A stretch of 64,000 nucleotides of DNA from the human T2T-CHM13v2.0 reference genome, Homo sapiens, in the NCBI RefSeq assembly GCF_009914755.1, contig NC_060948.1. One strand, 5' to 3'. The position numbers and the translations under genes were made by a program. Of this stretch, positions 13,501-27,547 are shown in pieces; the first letter of the stretch is position 1; each line of letters starts with the position of its first letter. The notes below the pieces were generated by a model. That model was not told the origin of the DNA, ran no database searches, and was given only the letters and a program-made list of their open reading frames with translations.

Positions 13501-16500
13501 GCCAGGTACAGGCAGGAGAGGAGAGTTATGCAACCTAGATGATGGGTCCAGAAATATGTTACAAATCCCCTTGAGGACATTGTTAAGATAGCACAGTCAA
13601 ATCACCAAGTTACTTGGCTCAGGTACTTATGAGACTATTGTTTTTGGGCTATACCTATGCAGAATTATTAAATCACTTAGGAGCTGGACAAAGGTATAAG
13701 ACACAATTACACTTGTGGAAAGGCTTAAGAATAAGGGTCACCATCCTGCATATGTCCTGGCTCCACTCATATGAGTTGTTATTAGACTTTTGCTATGGTT
13801 TGTGGTATATGGCACAATATTACCTGGCCAGAAGGAAAGCAAGAAATTCACATAACCTATGAGGGTTTGGCTCCAGTGTGATATCACAACTTACTTTGTG
13901 GACAGGACACTGGCTGAAGGGTCACATCACCTGAATGCTGATTTCAGTGACATATGAAAACTTTGTGTGTAGGCAAGACTTTGACAAGAAAGAGACTTAC
14001 TTCACCTAGGCAATTGGCCTAGATTTATGTCACAATGTCTGTTCTGTGCAGTACAAAAGCTGGAGAGTGACCTCACATTGGTGCTGGGACCAGCAATATG
14101 TCACAATCTCCATGTGGTTAGGGTACAGGAAAAGTGAACCAACGTCACCTAGGTGCTCAGCCAAGCGTTATGTTTCAATGCTTTCTGTTGGCAGAATCCC
14201 CCAAAAAGAATCACATCACCTGGATGCAGTTATGTGTCACAATGCATTGTAAGTGCAGGGCTAAAGGAGTAGAAGGGAGTCACATCACTTATGTGATGGA
14301 CCTAGTTATAAAACACAATTCCCTTTGTAGCCATGTTTTAGGCAGATAATTCACATCACCAGGGTGACGATACGAGTGATAAATAAAAGTGCCCTTTGTA
14401 GGAGAAACATGGTAGATGTTATATATTGCAAAGGTGTTTGTTATACTTATGGCGCAATTTTATCTGTGGTCTGGGCCTAGAAAAAGAGTCAAATCATTCA
14501 TGTGCTGGGAAAAGTTACCTGACCCAATCACACGCTCAGAAAAGTTTGCAAATAAGTTTCGCATTCCACATAAGTTCTCGTTTCCTGTATGTAAGTCGTC
14601 AACTCTTTCTATGAGTTTGGTGGAAGTAGAGGAGTCAAAATCTCAACAATGGTCAAGATCCATGTATAGGAGCTCCAGTCCCATTGGAAGATTGTGTTCC
14701 AGTAGGGGAGTCACAGCACCGCAGGCATGCTGAATCATGGTTCAAATGTTGCCAAAACACCTGTGAATCTAATCCCCGTATGAGAGTAATGATTTCAATC
14801 TTTGATGACTTTTATGTGTGAGATTTAGTACCTCATTACTAGGCCCTGTTTATGCGTGAGAATCACAATTGTATCAACTAGGTGTGCATAGAGAGTCACA
14901 TTCTTGTCTGGTTGCTGGGGATAGTGACTTGTGGCTCAACCATATGTCACTATCCCCAACTGTGTTCAGGGCCCGTTCTGAGGAGAGTTATATCGCCTAA
15001 GTGGTTGACACAGTGATGTGTCACAATAATTTATGTGGGCATGGCTCAGCTGATTCTTACTGAGAGTGGGGCCCAGGCAGAAGGGTCAAACCACCTAGAG
15101 ATTGGCCCTCATAGATTTCAAAATAACATCACTGGGCTGGAACCGGTCTGGAGAGTCAAATCACACAGATGCTCGGAAAAGATTTATATCACAGTCAGAC
15201 TGGCAGAAAATTCCCAGGATGAGACTAACAATACCACATATGTCCCATTTTTATCAGTGACAGTTGGCTTTATATATATGAGATGGTTACAGTCTTTAAC
15301 TGTCAGCTGGGTGTTCATATGAGACTCACAATTTCACCTTAGTGATAGGTCCTGTTATGACACCCTCTGTACAAGATGAAGGCTTTTTAAAATCACTTAT
15401 GCTGTTACAATCTTCTGCAATCTTTTTACCATAAAGAAACTTAATCACTTAAATAACTCTAAAGCAAGTTATGAGATTAAAAATTACTCCTATTTGAGGG
15501 TTCTACATATGGGAGTCCTTATCATGCCTGTGAGCTGTGCTTAGATATATGTCACAATTTACACCGTGGTAATGAAACAGGCATGAGAGCCATATAATCT
15601 AAATGCTGAGGCAGAAATCTTCCAATATTATTCTTTTTGGCAAATTCCTAGAAGAAAAATCACATAACTTTGGGCCTATGCCCAACTGTATGGCACAACA
15701 CCCCTTGTGGGCAGTGGTCCAGAAAAGAGGAGAGTCATATCATGTAAATGATAGGTCCAGAGGTAAGTCATAATGTCTCTTGTTGAAAGGATCAGGCAAG
15801 AAATTCATATAATTTGAATGCAGTGTTTAAAAATGCTACAATACCCAGTGGAAGCAGAATTCAGGCAGGAGAGGGGACTGAGGTAACCTAGATGATGGAT
15901 CCAGAGACATGCTACAAACGTGCCTGAGGATAACGTTAAGACAGGAGAATCAAATCACCAAAGTGCTCAGCTGAGATATATGTCCAAATCTCAATTGTGC
16001 GCTATACCTAGGCAAGATTACTAAATTACTCAGGAACTGGGCAGAAGTATATGTCACAATAACACTGGTGGAAAGTTCCAGGAGTGGGAGCCACCATCAT
16101 GCATATAACCTGGCTCCAGGTTTAAGAGTCATGATTAGTCCTCTTATCTGGTCTCAGTTGTATGGCACAATATCCCCATGGGCAGACAGCAAGCAAAAAG
16201 GTCACATCACCTGGGTGGGTGCTGGTCCAGTGAGCTGTCACAATCTTTATTGTGGGCAGACTTCTGGAAGAAGCATCACATCACCTGAATGCTGGTTTAA
16301 ACGATGTATCAAAATTTCCCTTTTGGGCTTGGCTTAGAAAGGAGAGGAGACTCACTTCACCTAGGCAATTGGTATAGATAAATGTCACAATGGCCACTAT
16401 GTGCAGGACCAAAGTTTGAAAGTGACCTTAACTTGGCGCTGGATTTAGCAATGTGTCACAATCTCCCCTGTGGTCAGGGCAGGTCAAGAGAGGAGAAACA

Positions 16501-19500
16501 TCATCTAGGTGCTGAGCCAAGTTACATGTTACAAAGCTTTCTGATGGCAGAAACCAAAATGGAGAGTCCCATCAGTTGGGAGCAGTACCCAGTTATGTGT
16601 CACAATGCACCGTTAGTGCAGGGCCAAGGCAGTAGAATTGAGTAACATCACTACATGATGAACCCAGACATAAGCCACAGTGCTTTTCATAGGCAGGCAT
16701 TAGGCAAATAATCCACGTTACCTGGGAGCTGTTCCCAGTGACATGTAAAAGTGCCCTTTGTCTACAGGCCCAGGCACCTATGCTTAGGTGTATGGTCCAT
16801 GTATATCACAATTTCATCTGTGGTCATGGGCCTAAAGAAGAGAGTCAAATTATTCAGGAGCTGGGCTAACTTTTATGTCCTAATCACACAGTAGGAAATA
16901 TTCAGAAATGTTTCACAGTCACAGAAGTCCTGGCTTCACGTACGTACAGGAGGAGTCAACACCTCCTGTGAGTTGTGTCAAAGCAGAGGAGTCCCAATCT
17001 CAACAATGGGCAAGATCCATGTATAAGATGCCCAGTCCCACTTGAAGATTGTGTTCCAGTAGGGGAGTCACGGCCTCACAGTTGTGCTGAATCATGTATC
17101 ACCAAACCACCTGTGGGTCAGATTTGTGTATGAGAGAAACAATTTCAACCTTCAACTGATCTTTTTTGTAACAATTTAGTACCTTATTTGTAGATCATAT
17201 TTTTGTGAGGGAATGACAATCGTGTCAGCTAGGCATGCATCCAAGAGTCACAATCGCACCTGGTTACTGTTCCCTGTTATGACAGTTTGTGTACCACTCA
17301 GACTTTATATGATATGCTTGAGTGTCATAATCCTTTGTGAACTTTATGCAATTAGGAGACTCATTTCTTTACTTATGGCCATGAGACTGACCATGAGAGT
17401 AAAAATATGTCTCCCTTCTGGGTAAAGATATGATAGTTATATTTGTGTATGTAAGCTGAACTCAGGTATATGTTAAAATTTCACCTGTGGGCAGAAACAA
17501 GGCAGCATAATTGCCTTACTTGGATTCCGAGCACAGAATTCATTATAATCTCCTTCATAGGCAGGCCAAGTCAGAAGATTCATGTCAACGGAGAACAGCC
17601 TCAATGAATATGACACCATGTCGACTGTAGACAAGGTTGAAGAAAAAGAGGAGAGTCACACCTCCTAGGTGCTTAGCTCAGCAATACGTAATAATTTCCC
17701 CTATTGGCTGCCTCCAGAATAAAGGGGATGGTTACATTACCTAGGTTTTGCGCTCAGTAGTATGTCACAATTCCTTTTGTGGGCAGAACCTAGGCAAGAG
17801 ACGAGAGTCACATTTCCTAGATGCTATGACCACTGATGTCACAATGTGCCTTGGGGCAAAAGTACAGGAAAAATAGGCAAATCACCTAGCTGATCGGCTC
17901 AGAGAAATGTGATAATATCCCTTGCTGTCAGGGTCCAGGCAAAAGAGTCACACTGTTATGATTCTTATGCAATGATATGTCAAAATACACACATGGGAAA
18001 CAATTAAAGCACAAGTTTTAACACCTGGGTACTCGGCACAGTGATATGACACAATCTCCTCATGTTTGAGGGTGACACCTTTAACTGTCAGCTTGGCGTC
18101 TGTAACAAAGTCACATTGTCACGTGTGTGTTGGACCACCGAATGACACCCTCTACAACATCCAAGGGCTTCAAACGGCATCCATTATATTTGCAAACTTC
18201 TCTGAGGCCCATAGGCTCATATGGACTCACAATCTTATATATTGTCTTAAATCCAGGTATGATAGTCAATATCTCTAATTTAGGCCACATTCAGGAATGA
18301 GAAGCATTTTTATGCCTGTGAGCTGGGCCCAAAAATGAGTCACGATTACACCTGTGGCCAGATCCACATGTGAGAGTCACAACTCCATTTTTGTACTGTG
18401 TTGTCATGTTAGACTCAGTAACTCCATAGTGTACTTTGTAAATGTGGGATGGTGACAACTTTTACTTTCACCTGGGTGTGAAACTGAGAGTCACAATTTT
18501 AACTTTTTGCTGGGCCTTGTTATAAAATGCTCTGTACCACCCATAAAGTTTATACCACAGGAATTCGTGTCGTAAACTTCTGTGAGCTTTGTAGAAATAT
18601 TCAACCAAGAATTTTTTCTATTGCCATAAGCCTAGTGATGAATGGCAAAATATCTTCCATTGACTGAATCCCAGTATAAGTTTGCTCATCATGCCTGTGA
18701 ACTGAAGCAAGATATAAACCATAATCCCATTTGTGGGCAAAAAATTAGAAAAAAAAAGTGTAACATTACTTAGGTGATGTGGCAATTAACATGTCACAAT
18801 ATTCTCTCTACACAGAGTCTAGGAAAGAGGGCCACATTAACTGGATACTGGACCCAGCAATATGACACAATTCCACATGTGGAAAAACATAATGAAGAGA
18901 TGAGAGCCAAAACACTTACAGAATAAGCCAAAGATGTGTCAAAACACCCTCTGTGGCTCTGGCACAGGCAGGACAGTAGCATCATCAGGGTGCTGGACTT
19001 ATCACTATGCAATAATTATCTCTTTATTCAGGATTCTGGCAGAAGAGTAACATCATCTGGGTGCAATAGGTCAAAATTTCCCTTTGTGGGCATGGTTCAA
19101 AAAAAAGAGTAGAGTCACACAACCTAAATGCTGGGCTCAGCAATATGTCATAATCCCACTATTTTAAAAGCCCAGGCAGGGGGCGAGAGTCATATCACTT
19201 AGGTCATGGGCTCAGAGATATGTCCCAGTGTCCCCAGTAGGCAGGACTCAGGCAGAAAATGTGGGTCATATCACGTAGGTGCTTCTTTATGTGTACATCA
19301 CAATATAACACATGGGGAGAACCCAGGCAGAAGAGCCACATCACCTGGGTGCTGGGTGCTGAGATATGTCACAAGTTTCCCTAGGACAGCACTAGATTGA
19401 AAGAGTTACATCATCTTGATGCAGGTCTAACTTTTACGTTGCAACGATCTATGTAGGTGAGGCCCAAGCGTTCGGTCACATCACTTAGGTGACAGGCCCA

Positions 19501-20502
19501 GAGATATGTCACAATGACCTCCTTGAAATATATCCCTGGCAAAAGAGTATCATCACCTGTATGCCCTGGCCTGCCAATATGGCACTACCATTCTCTGTGT
19601 TCAGGGTCCATTCCAGAGAGGGGAGTTACATCACCTAAGTGGTGGACACAGTAATATGTCACAATGATGCCTGTGAATATGGTCCAGGCAACAATGTAAC
19701 ATCACCTGAATGTTAGATCCAGTGGTATGTCTCAATCCTTACTGAGAAAAGGGTCCAGGCAGGAGAATCACATCACCTAGACGCTGGCTCAGGTAGAGAT
19801 CACAATCTCATATACATGCTGGAACCTGTCTGGAGAGTCAAATCACACAGATGCTTGGCAAAGATGTGTATGACATTCACACTGGGAGATTATTGCAGAG
19901 ATGAGATTTACAATAACATACATGTCCTGTTTTCATGTTTCACAGTAGGCTTCATATACATGAGATGCTGACAGTACTTCCTGTCAGCTGGGTGTGCATA
20001 TGAGACTCACAACTTCATCTTTCATTTGGGTTTTGTTATGGCATTATCTGTACAAGCCAAGGGCTGTAAAATATTTGAGGGTGTTATAATCTTCGGTGAC
20101 CCTTTTACCAGAAAGAGATCTAAGACATCACTTGCATTGCTAAAGCGAGTTACAAGAGTCAAACTTACTCCTATTTGGGAGGTCCACATATGAGTCATTA
20201 TCATGCCTAGTGATTTGTCAGAATATTGAGCTGTGCCTAATTATTTGTCAAAATTTACTCTGCAGTAATGAAACAGGCATGACAGCCACATAACCTAAAC
20301 GCTGAGGCAGAAATGTTCCCATATTCTCCTTGTAGGCAGGCTCCTGGCAGAAAAATCATATAACTTTGGGGCTGTGCCCAACTGTATGGCACAATGCCCC
20401 CTATGGGTAGTGTCCAGGCAGAAGAGGAGAGTATATCACTTAAATGATAGACTTAAATGACCAGAGATATGTCACAATGCCTCCTGTTGAAACGGCCAGG
20501 CA
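10530..20502 (+). repeat. Diverged complex beta-satellite (BSR/Sau3A 68-bp family) array 1
   Basis: Recurrent ~70-bp monomer GATATGTCACAAT...GGCAGG...GAGAGTCACATCACCTAG/GG, resembling the beta-satellite consensus. Confidence 0.85.
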
Positions 20503-20504
20503 CG

Positions 20505-21520
20505 TATTATTTATAATTGTAGCCGTTTTAACTGGAGTCATTTGGTATCTTGTGGTAGCTTTAATTTGCATTTTTCTAATGATAATGTTGAGCATCTTCA
20601 CATGTACTTGGCCATTTGCATGTCTTCTTTGGAGAAGTGTCACATAGTGTATCTTGCCTATTGCTAAATTGTGAGTTAGTTTTGCTGTTACGTTTCTTAT
20701 ATATCTTTATGTTTTTCCATTGTGATATGTATATTTTGCAAATATATTCTCCCACACTGTAAGTTGTCTTTTCACTCTGTTAATTTATTTTTGCTATGTA
20801 AATTTTTTTTTTAGATTCTGTTAATTTTATTTGTCTGCTTTTGCTTTTCTTGCCTGTGGTTTTGAGATCTTATTTAAAATGTTTTTCCTGTCCTGTTTAG
20901 TAAAGAATTTCTCTATGTCTTATTCAAATAGTTTTATAAGTTTGAGTTTACATTTCAATCTTCTATTTATTTTTATTTAAATTGTTTTAATATGGTAACA
21001 GGTAGGCAACTAGTTGTATTCCTCTGTATTTAAATAATCCATTTTCTTAGCACCATTCGTTGAAAAGATTGTCTTTTCTTCAATGTATGTTCTAAGCAAC
21101 TTAAAAATTACTTGGCTCTAGGTTTATGAATTTTGTTACTGGGATCGTTGGATACTTTGGTCTATGTGTCTGTTTTCTATGCCAGTATCATGCTGTTTTG
21201 CTTGTTATAGCTTTGCAGTATGTTTTGGAGTCAGGTAGTTTGATATTTTCAGATTTGTTCTTTTTTCACAGCTATTTGGGGAGTGTTTTTTTGGTTCCCC
21301 ATAAATTTTATGCCTCTTAATTTCATTTTTGTTCAAAAATGTTCTTGGCATTTTATAGAGTTTGCACTGAATTTGTAGATTTCCTTGTGTAGCATAGCCA
21401 TTTTAGCAATATTTTTTATAACTCATGAGCAAAAATATCTTTTTTTTTACTTTTTTCATCAATATTTTATAATTTATAGTGTAGAGAGTGTTTCTCTTTT
21501 TAATTAAGTTTACTGCTACA
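20505..21520 (-). mobile_element. Old L1 ORF2 3' part (L1M-type)
   Basis: Minus-strand ORF IIRKMQIKATTRYQMTPVKTATI is typical of the L1 ORF2 C-terminal region. T-rich plus strand. Confidence 0.75.
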
Positions 21521-21689
21521 CATCTTTATTTTTTATTCTAGATAAACAAAAAGTATTTGGAAAATTTTACGTGACTTTGTAATTAAAAACAACTGAACAA
21601 ATTAGGTATAAATGATATGTACTTCAACACAGCTAAGGCAAAATATGACAAATCAATAAACAAATTAAATATTGTCACCGGCAGGTCTT

Positions 21690-23186
21690 CATGATTTTTT
21701 TTTTTTAAATTAGAGGACTGGATAGAGAAAGATCATGTATCAAAACTTATACATTTGTCATTAAATTTTAAAACCATGAAGTTTGAATTTTTGCCTACAT
21801 TTTAGACCAACCATGCTTATTCCTATGAAAAAGCTTGCAGTCTTCAACCGCAGCTCAGAAGAAACAAAAAGGGATGAGCGATGAAAAATCTGGTTTAATA
21901 TTCTAGTTCTAGGCAATTACCCTGCAAATTTTTCAGTGATGAAAATAAACAGGGTGCCCCCCCAAATCTTGGCAAAGTTAACTATTGCCACTAGTTATCT
22001 GGGTTTGTCACAAGCATTTTTTTCTCTTCCTTGTGGAAAGAGGACTCAATTCCACAGCTTTATCTTAGCATTTAGCTGCTAATGAGGAGTCCATGCAATC
22101 CCCTGAGGAACATTTTTGTCCCAACCTCAATTCCAAGCCTCAGGTTGAAGCCCTAAGAAAGAATACTGGATCTGAGAAATCCAGAGGCAGATGATTATGG
22201 TGGTTAAAATTCACCGTGGAAGTGAGCATGACTAATTCCAGTGGATTAAGCCAAGCCTCACATTTCACGGATAAAGGCCATGATAGTATCTGTTGCATAA
22301 ATGAAGTCTAATGAACTCCAGAACTACTGAGAGCAGGGAAGATAGGACATATGTAGGTAAGAGCAGATATTTCCACCCCCAACAGGCCTTCCTGTTAACA
22401 TGAGTGAAAGCTGCTTTGACATCCATGGGTTGCAACCTATCACAATCCCTGGAACTCGGGGATACAAGGATGCAAGGGGGAAAGACAACATTCTTTCTTC
22501 TATCCCTCAACATACACTGGATATTTCCTAGAAAGATAAAGGAATCAGGGATACATGGTCTTCACTCTCCTTCTAGATGAGTAGCCATTCATTATCAGTC
22601 TATATTCCTTTTAAATGCATCCTGAAATTTTGGGCCTCCTTTGAAAAAATGCTTACTTTTTACCTTGTTTTCTCCTCTGTCTTCTTTTTACAGACAGGTA
22701 ATCATGTATTCATACTATGGGACAGTCACCTCAGATGCATTCTCCAACCTTAGACTGGTTGGCTTAACTTAGGATTGGACTCAGGGCAAAAGAACACAGA
22801 AGCCAGACATGCTGGCAAAAGGGTGAAAGAAAATTTTCAAGTTGTGCTTTTGTCCTTCTCCTTCCTATGTAAACTGGAAAAATACCTTGGAATTTTTGAG
22901 CTGTCCTTGCCACCTTCCCCTTGTTTTATTTTACTTTATTTTAATACATGATTTTTAATAACCCAGTTTGATTCTTCTCCCATTTAGGTTACCAAATTCA
23001 TGCCACCAGAGCCTCAGACAAGGCCCCTTTCACTGGAGACACTTAGGTAGGCCTCTTAGGAAAATCTGACTGCCGGTTTTCCAAAACAGTGCCCCCTGTC
23101 AACAGGAAGCTCTTAAAAGTGGTGTTGGTCCTGATCCTTCTCCTCATTCTAATGGCAGTTAGATGTACTTCTTTATATGGGGAAAT
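21690..23186. mobile_element. ERV1 (MER4-group/HUERS-like) internal remnants, apparently in both orientations
   Basis: Leader-like motifs (caattccaagcctcaggttgaagcccta..ggatctgag..ccagaggcag) and a 3' end (cagtgccccctgtcaacaggaagc..gcagttagatgtacttc) followed by a degenerate polypurine tract. Confidence 0.5.
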
Positions 23187-23607
23187 AACAGAGTTAGAAA
23201 ACAGCCAATGGTCCTGGGTGAAACCCCATCTTCAAGCCTAAAACAGCATAAAGACTGAAAAATCAGACTGCTTCTCCCAGATGAAGCCTGCCTTTTTTCA
23301 ACTGATTCTCTCTGAATAGTATCCATGTCCACACTAGGGGAAGTGATTGGAGCCAGGGAAACTTCACTCCTTGTGCAGGGAGAAGGAGACTGGCCTCTGC
23401 AGTTCTTGTGTGATGGTTTAGTGTTAATCTACCCAGGAGGTGGGACTTGTAAACAGGACTCCCACTCACTCTGTTGACAGTTTTTCTTTCCTTCTTTTTA
23501 CCCAATCAACTCTACCCTTCATCCTTCAGAGTATCCCTGGGCCTAATCTTTCCTAGTCACGTGAGAAGAACTCAATTTTGCTGAAGTAAGGAGAAAGTTC
23601 TGCAACA
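23187..23607 (+). mobile_element. ERV1 LTR (LTR1/LTR9/LTR27/MER61-like; subfamily uncertain)
   Basis: Follows the PPT-like ggggaaa and ends ..gctgaagtaaggagaaagttctgcaaca. Confidence 0.6.
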
Positions 23608-23609
23608 TG

Positions 23610-24510
23610 AGGATTGGGAACCCTCATTTATGATAAGCTGAGTATATGCATGTGGATTTATTTTTGCCTTCTCTTATCGGTTTCAACATTTATTTTTCTG
23701 TCTTTATGCCAGCACCACACTGTTTTGATTAATGTAACTTTGCAATATGTTTTGAAATACAAAACTATTATTCCTCTGAGTTTATTTATTTTTTTACAGG
23801 TTGTTTGGTTACTTGTGGTTTTTTGAGTATTTATAGAAATCATAGGGCAATATGTGTTGGCTCACTCCTGTAATCCTAGAACTTTGGGGAGCCAAGCCAA
23901 GGTAGGTGGGTTGCTTGAGCCTAGGAGTTTGAGACCAGCCTGGGAAATATGGTGAAACCCTGTCTCTAAAAAAAAAAAAAAAATACAAAAACTTTCTGAG
24001 CATGCCAACATGCACCTGCAGTTTCAGCACTTGTGAGGCTGAGGTAGGAGGATCAACTGAGCTTTGGAGGTCAAAGATACAGTAAGTCATGATTATGATA
24101 TTATACTGCAGCCTGAGTTACACAGGTAAATATTGACTCAAACATTTTAGAATAATTTAGTACTTCTGCAAAAACTATCACCATTTTTAAACATCTCATT
24201 GATCCATAGATCACCTGGTATACCATTAACATCTAAAAAACTTGCACGTTCTAACACTTGAAAAATAGTATGCTCAAGAATATGTCCAGTTTTCAAATAT
24301 ATGCAAACATGATGGTTTTGTTTTAACTTCCAGCTGTATTTTATTGTAGTCAGAAAAAATACTTTTTGTGATTACCATCAGTTTAAATATGCTAAAACTA
24401 GCATGCTACCTCACAAGTTTGCCTATCTTAGAAAATGTGTCATATACAATTAGAAGTATTATGTATTATGCTGTTGTTGGGTGAAATGTTTTGTAGATTA
24501 ACCTGACGTC
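23610..24510 (-). mobile_element. Old L1 fragments split by an AluJ
   Basis: Minus-strand ORF FKTYCKVTLIKTVWCWHKDRKI is an L1 ORF2 motif. Confidence 0.65.
23845..24141 (+). mobile_element. Alu (AluJ-like)
   Basis: ttgcttgagcctaggagtttgagaccagcctggg and ggaggatcaactgagc are J-type features. Confidence 0.85.
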
Positions 24511-24519
24511 TTATTTCTC

Positions 24520-25000
24520 TATTTAACTTTTTATTTTTGTGCATTCTCTTTATCTTTATTTTGTTTCTCTTTATTTTTCATTTTATCTATTAATTTAATT
24601 TAATTTTATTTCTATTTTTCTTTTTTCTCATTACATTCTCTTCATTTCAAATATACTTCAACTTGTATCTTGTTTTTAGCAGTTTATTTAATTTTATATT
24701 TTTTCTGTTATTTGTTTCTAGTCATATTCCTTCATATTATCTTATTTTTTATCCATATTTCTTTTTTATTTTTTCTCCTTATTCTGAAACTTTTTATTGG
24801 AAATTATTTCATTTCTGTTTATTTCTTTTATTTTTTGTATTTATTGTTTATCTTCATTTTATTTTCACTTATCTTAATTACATTTCTCTATTTTTCTCTA
24901 TTTCGGTTTATTTTATTTGTCCTTACTATTTTTCACTTGCTTTAAATTTATTTTTACATTTTATTTCTCTTGATTTTTTTTTTTTAATTTACCTTTCTAT
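24520..25000. repeat. T-rich low-complexity tract
   Basis: Almost G-free T/A/C sequence. Confidence 0.85.
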
Positions 25001-25404
25001 GTTCTGCTTCATAAAACAGAAGAGATAAGATATTTTAGATTGCCCCAGCCATAGTCATCAAGGCTCGTGTTTGCTGAGGTTCTCTCTCAGCTACTCTGCC
25101 CCGGAGTCTTCAATCCAAATCATAGTCATGGCATCCTAGTAAGATTGCTAAGATCTCTGGGCAGATCTTTCATTGTTACAGGCCCATCTAGCATTCAGTG
25201 TCACGGGCCGGTTTTGCTGCTTTCAGAAGCCCCCTGCAAGCCTCAGTGTTGCTAGGCCAAGACCTGACTGCCTCTTCATTAGTGTCCCAATGGATCCCAC
25301 AAACATAATCCAAGGTCCTGACTGTTCTTCTCCTTTCCCAGAACAGGATCATACACACTTTACTCCACCAGGACATGTCTAGATCATATGTGTGTCTCTA
25401 CATT

Positions 25405-25707
25405 TTATTTTATTTTTTTTTGAGACAGAAGCTTGCTCTGTCACTCATGCTGGGGTGCAGGGACGTGATCTCTGCTCAGTGCAACCTCTGCCTCATGGAT
25501 TCAAGTGATTCTCCTGCCTCAGCCTCCCAAGTAGCTGAGATTACAAGTGCCCATCATTTTTTTTTTTTTTTTTTTTTTTGTATTTTTAGTAGAGATGGTG
25601 TTTCACCATATTTGCCAGGCTGGTTTCGAACTCTTGACCTGAAGAGATCCAACCTCCTCGGCCTCCAAAACTGCTGGGATTACAGGTGTGAGCCACCACG
25701 CCTGGTT
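25405..25707 (-). mobile_element. Alu (AluS) with an expanded middle T-run
   Basis: Antisense Alu. Confidence 0.9.
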
Positions 25708-25749
25708 GAAATTTTTTTTTATATTAACTTGACATATAACTGATTTATT

Positions 25750-26079
<330 letters not shown>

Positions 26080-26914
26080 CTATACATGCAAATATGTGCA
26101 AAAAATGCTAATGATACGAGGAGATGAACATTTCTACATTTTATCTAAGGATTTCATGGAGTTGCTATTTTACCTTTTCCAGTCTTTATCTCTATATATT
26201 CAATGGGAAAATCCTCAATGAAGACTCCTCACTGTGATAGACAAAATGTTCAATTAGTCATTGACAGATGCAGTGAGTTAACTTCTGGTTTTTATTTGGA
26301 GCCCTCACAGCTAGGATTAAAAACTGTTGGCTCTAAACTCACATGATGAGGAATTATACTATGCTGTCCTCTTCTATACACTTGTCTACCATCACAATTT
26401 TTTGAACTTGCCAAAGGAAATTGTGGGAAATTGTTTCCCTCAGACCTACTCATCTCCGTTTCATAAGTTTTAAGATTGGGCATTGTTTAGATTTCTTATA
26501 AGCTCATAATCACAGAGGTCATGTTTGTCAGGAGAAAGCTTTCTTGCAGCAGGATTAAGTAAAGACATTTGCCAACCATGGCTTATGGTTCCTCCAGAGG
26601 CAGAATGGAGCTTAAAAACCATTGCTGAAGCCAAAAAGTGGTGAAAGAAGTTGAGGGCTGCCCAGAGGATAAAGAAAAAATGCTACTTTTTACTACCAAA
26701 GCAGTCACAGCTCATTTTGGCATTAATCTTGCTTCTGACCACGATATGTTTCTTACTGGTCTTTCTTTGTATTCCACTGATTGTACATTTAAAAAAAGAG
26801 GCCTGGATGAGAGTGGTAAAAAAAATAAATTCATCCTTCTATAGCTGATGCCTTGGTGAGCTTTGAAGCACACTGAGCAGAGTCTGAAATCCTTCCTCAC
26901 TATGGGGTAAGTTG

Positions 26915-27547
26915 TGTCAAACTCGACACCCATTGAAATGGCACAAGGATCAAGATGTCAAAGAAGAGACTCAGAACCAGTAAATGAGATATGGACTTTT
27001 AGTGGAAACTTCCACAGAGAGCAGAAAGTACAGTGTCAGTGGGCCTAGCTGAATAACCAGGCCCACTTGCAAAAAACATGCAGTTTGTATGGCCTTTTTA
27101 TTTAGCACTTTTTTTTCTGAACAAGCTTTCACCTGTCAGCCCTCATTTAACAAAAATGGAATAGCCTCACTTCCTTGTGTGACCTGTATTCCTATGCCAC
27201 ATGATGGGACAGAACAGGGGCTCAGACATTATTGGCGCGGTGGCTTATGCCTGTAATCTCAGCACTCTGGGAGGCCGAGGCGGGCGGATCACGAGGTCAG
27301 GAGGTCGAGACCATCCTGGCTAAGACGGGGTTTCACCGTCTTAGATAGATCTCTCTGAGATACTGTTCTCAGATAGAACTCAGGACAGTATCTCAGATTA
27401 CTCATAGATAAAGAGTAAGCTCCAGGTTGACCATGACAAGGTTTTTTAGATTTGGAACTCTGAACACTCAGAAGCATCTATTTATAGAGGGTCAGTAACC
27501 AGGTATGCCCAAGTCAAGATAACACCGTCAGTTTCATCCATCATACA
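26915..27547 (-). mobile_element. Probable ERV1 solo LTR (MER4-group-like), interrupted by a rearranged Alu fragment
   Basis: TG..CA ends, and gaagagactcagaaccagtaaatgagatatgg resembles the antisense 3' end of MER4-group LTRs. Family not determined. Confidence 0.45.
27234..27340 (+). mobile_element. Alu left-arm fragment without a poly-A tail
   Basis: ggcgcggtggc..gagaccatcctggctaa followed by an inverted segment. Confidence 0.88.

Noticed and set aside
10530-20502. Regularly spaced conserved motifs with variable intervals, superficially CRISPR-like
   Set aside because: The intervals are homologous to each other, the context is primate Alu/L1 and there are no cas genes. It is diverged beta-satellite.
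24663-25028. Hydrophobic F/L/I-rich ORFs
   Set aside because: Artefact of the T-rich low-complexity tract.
26638-26933. Short ORFs and a possible 62-nt plus-strand exon (acceptor ccttctatag at 26844, donor gtaagt at 26907)
   Set aside because: No recognisable homology or partner exons; such sites occur by chance.
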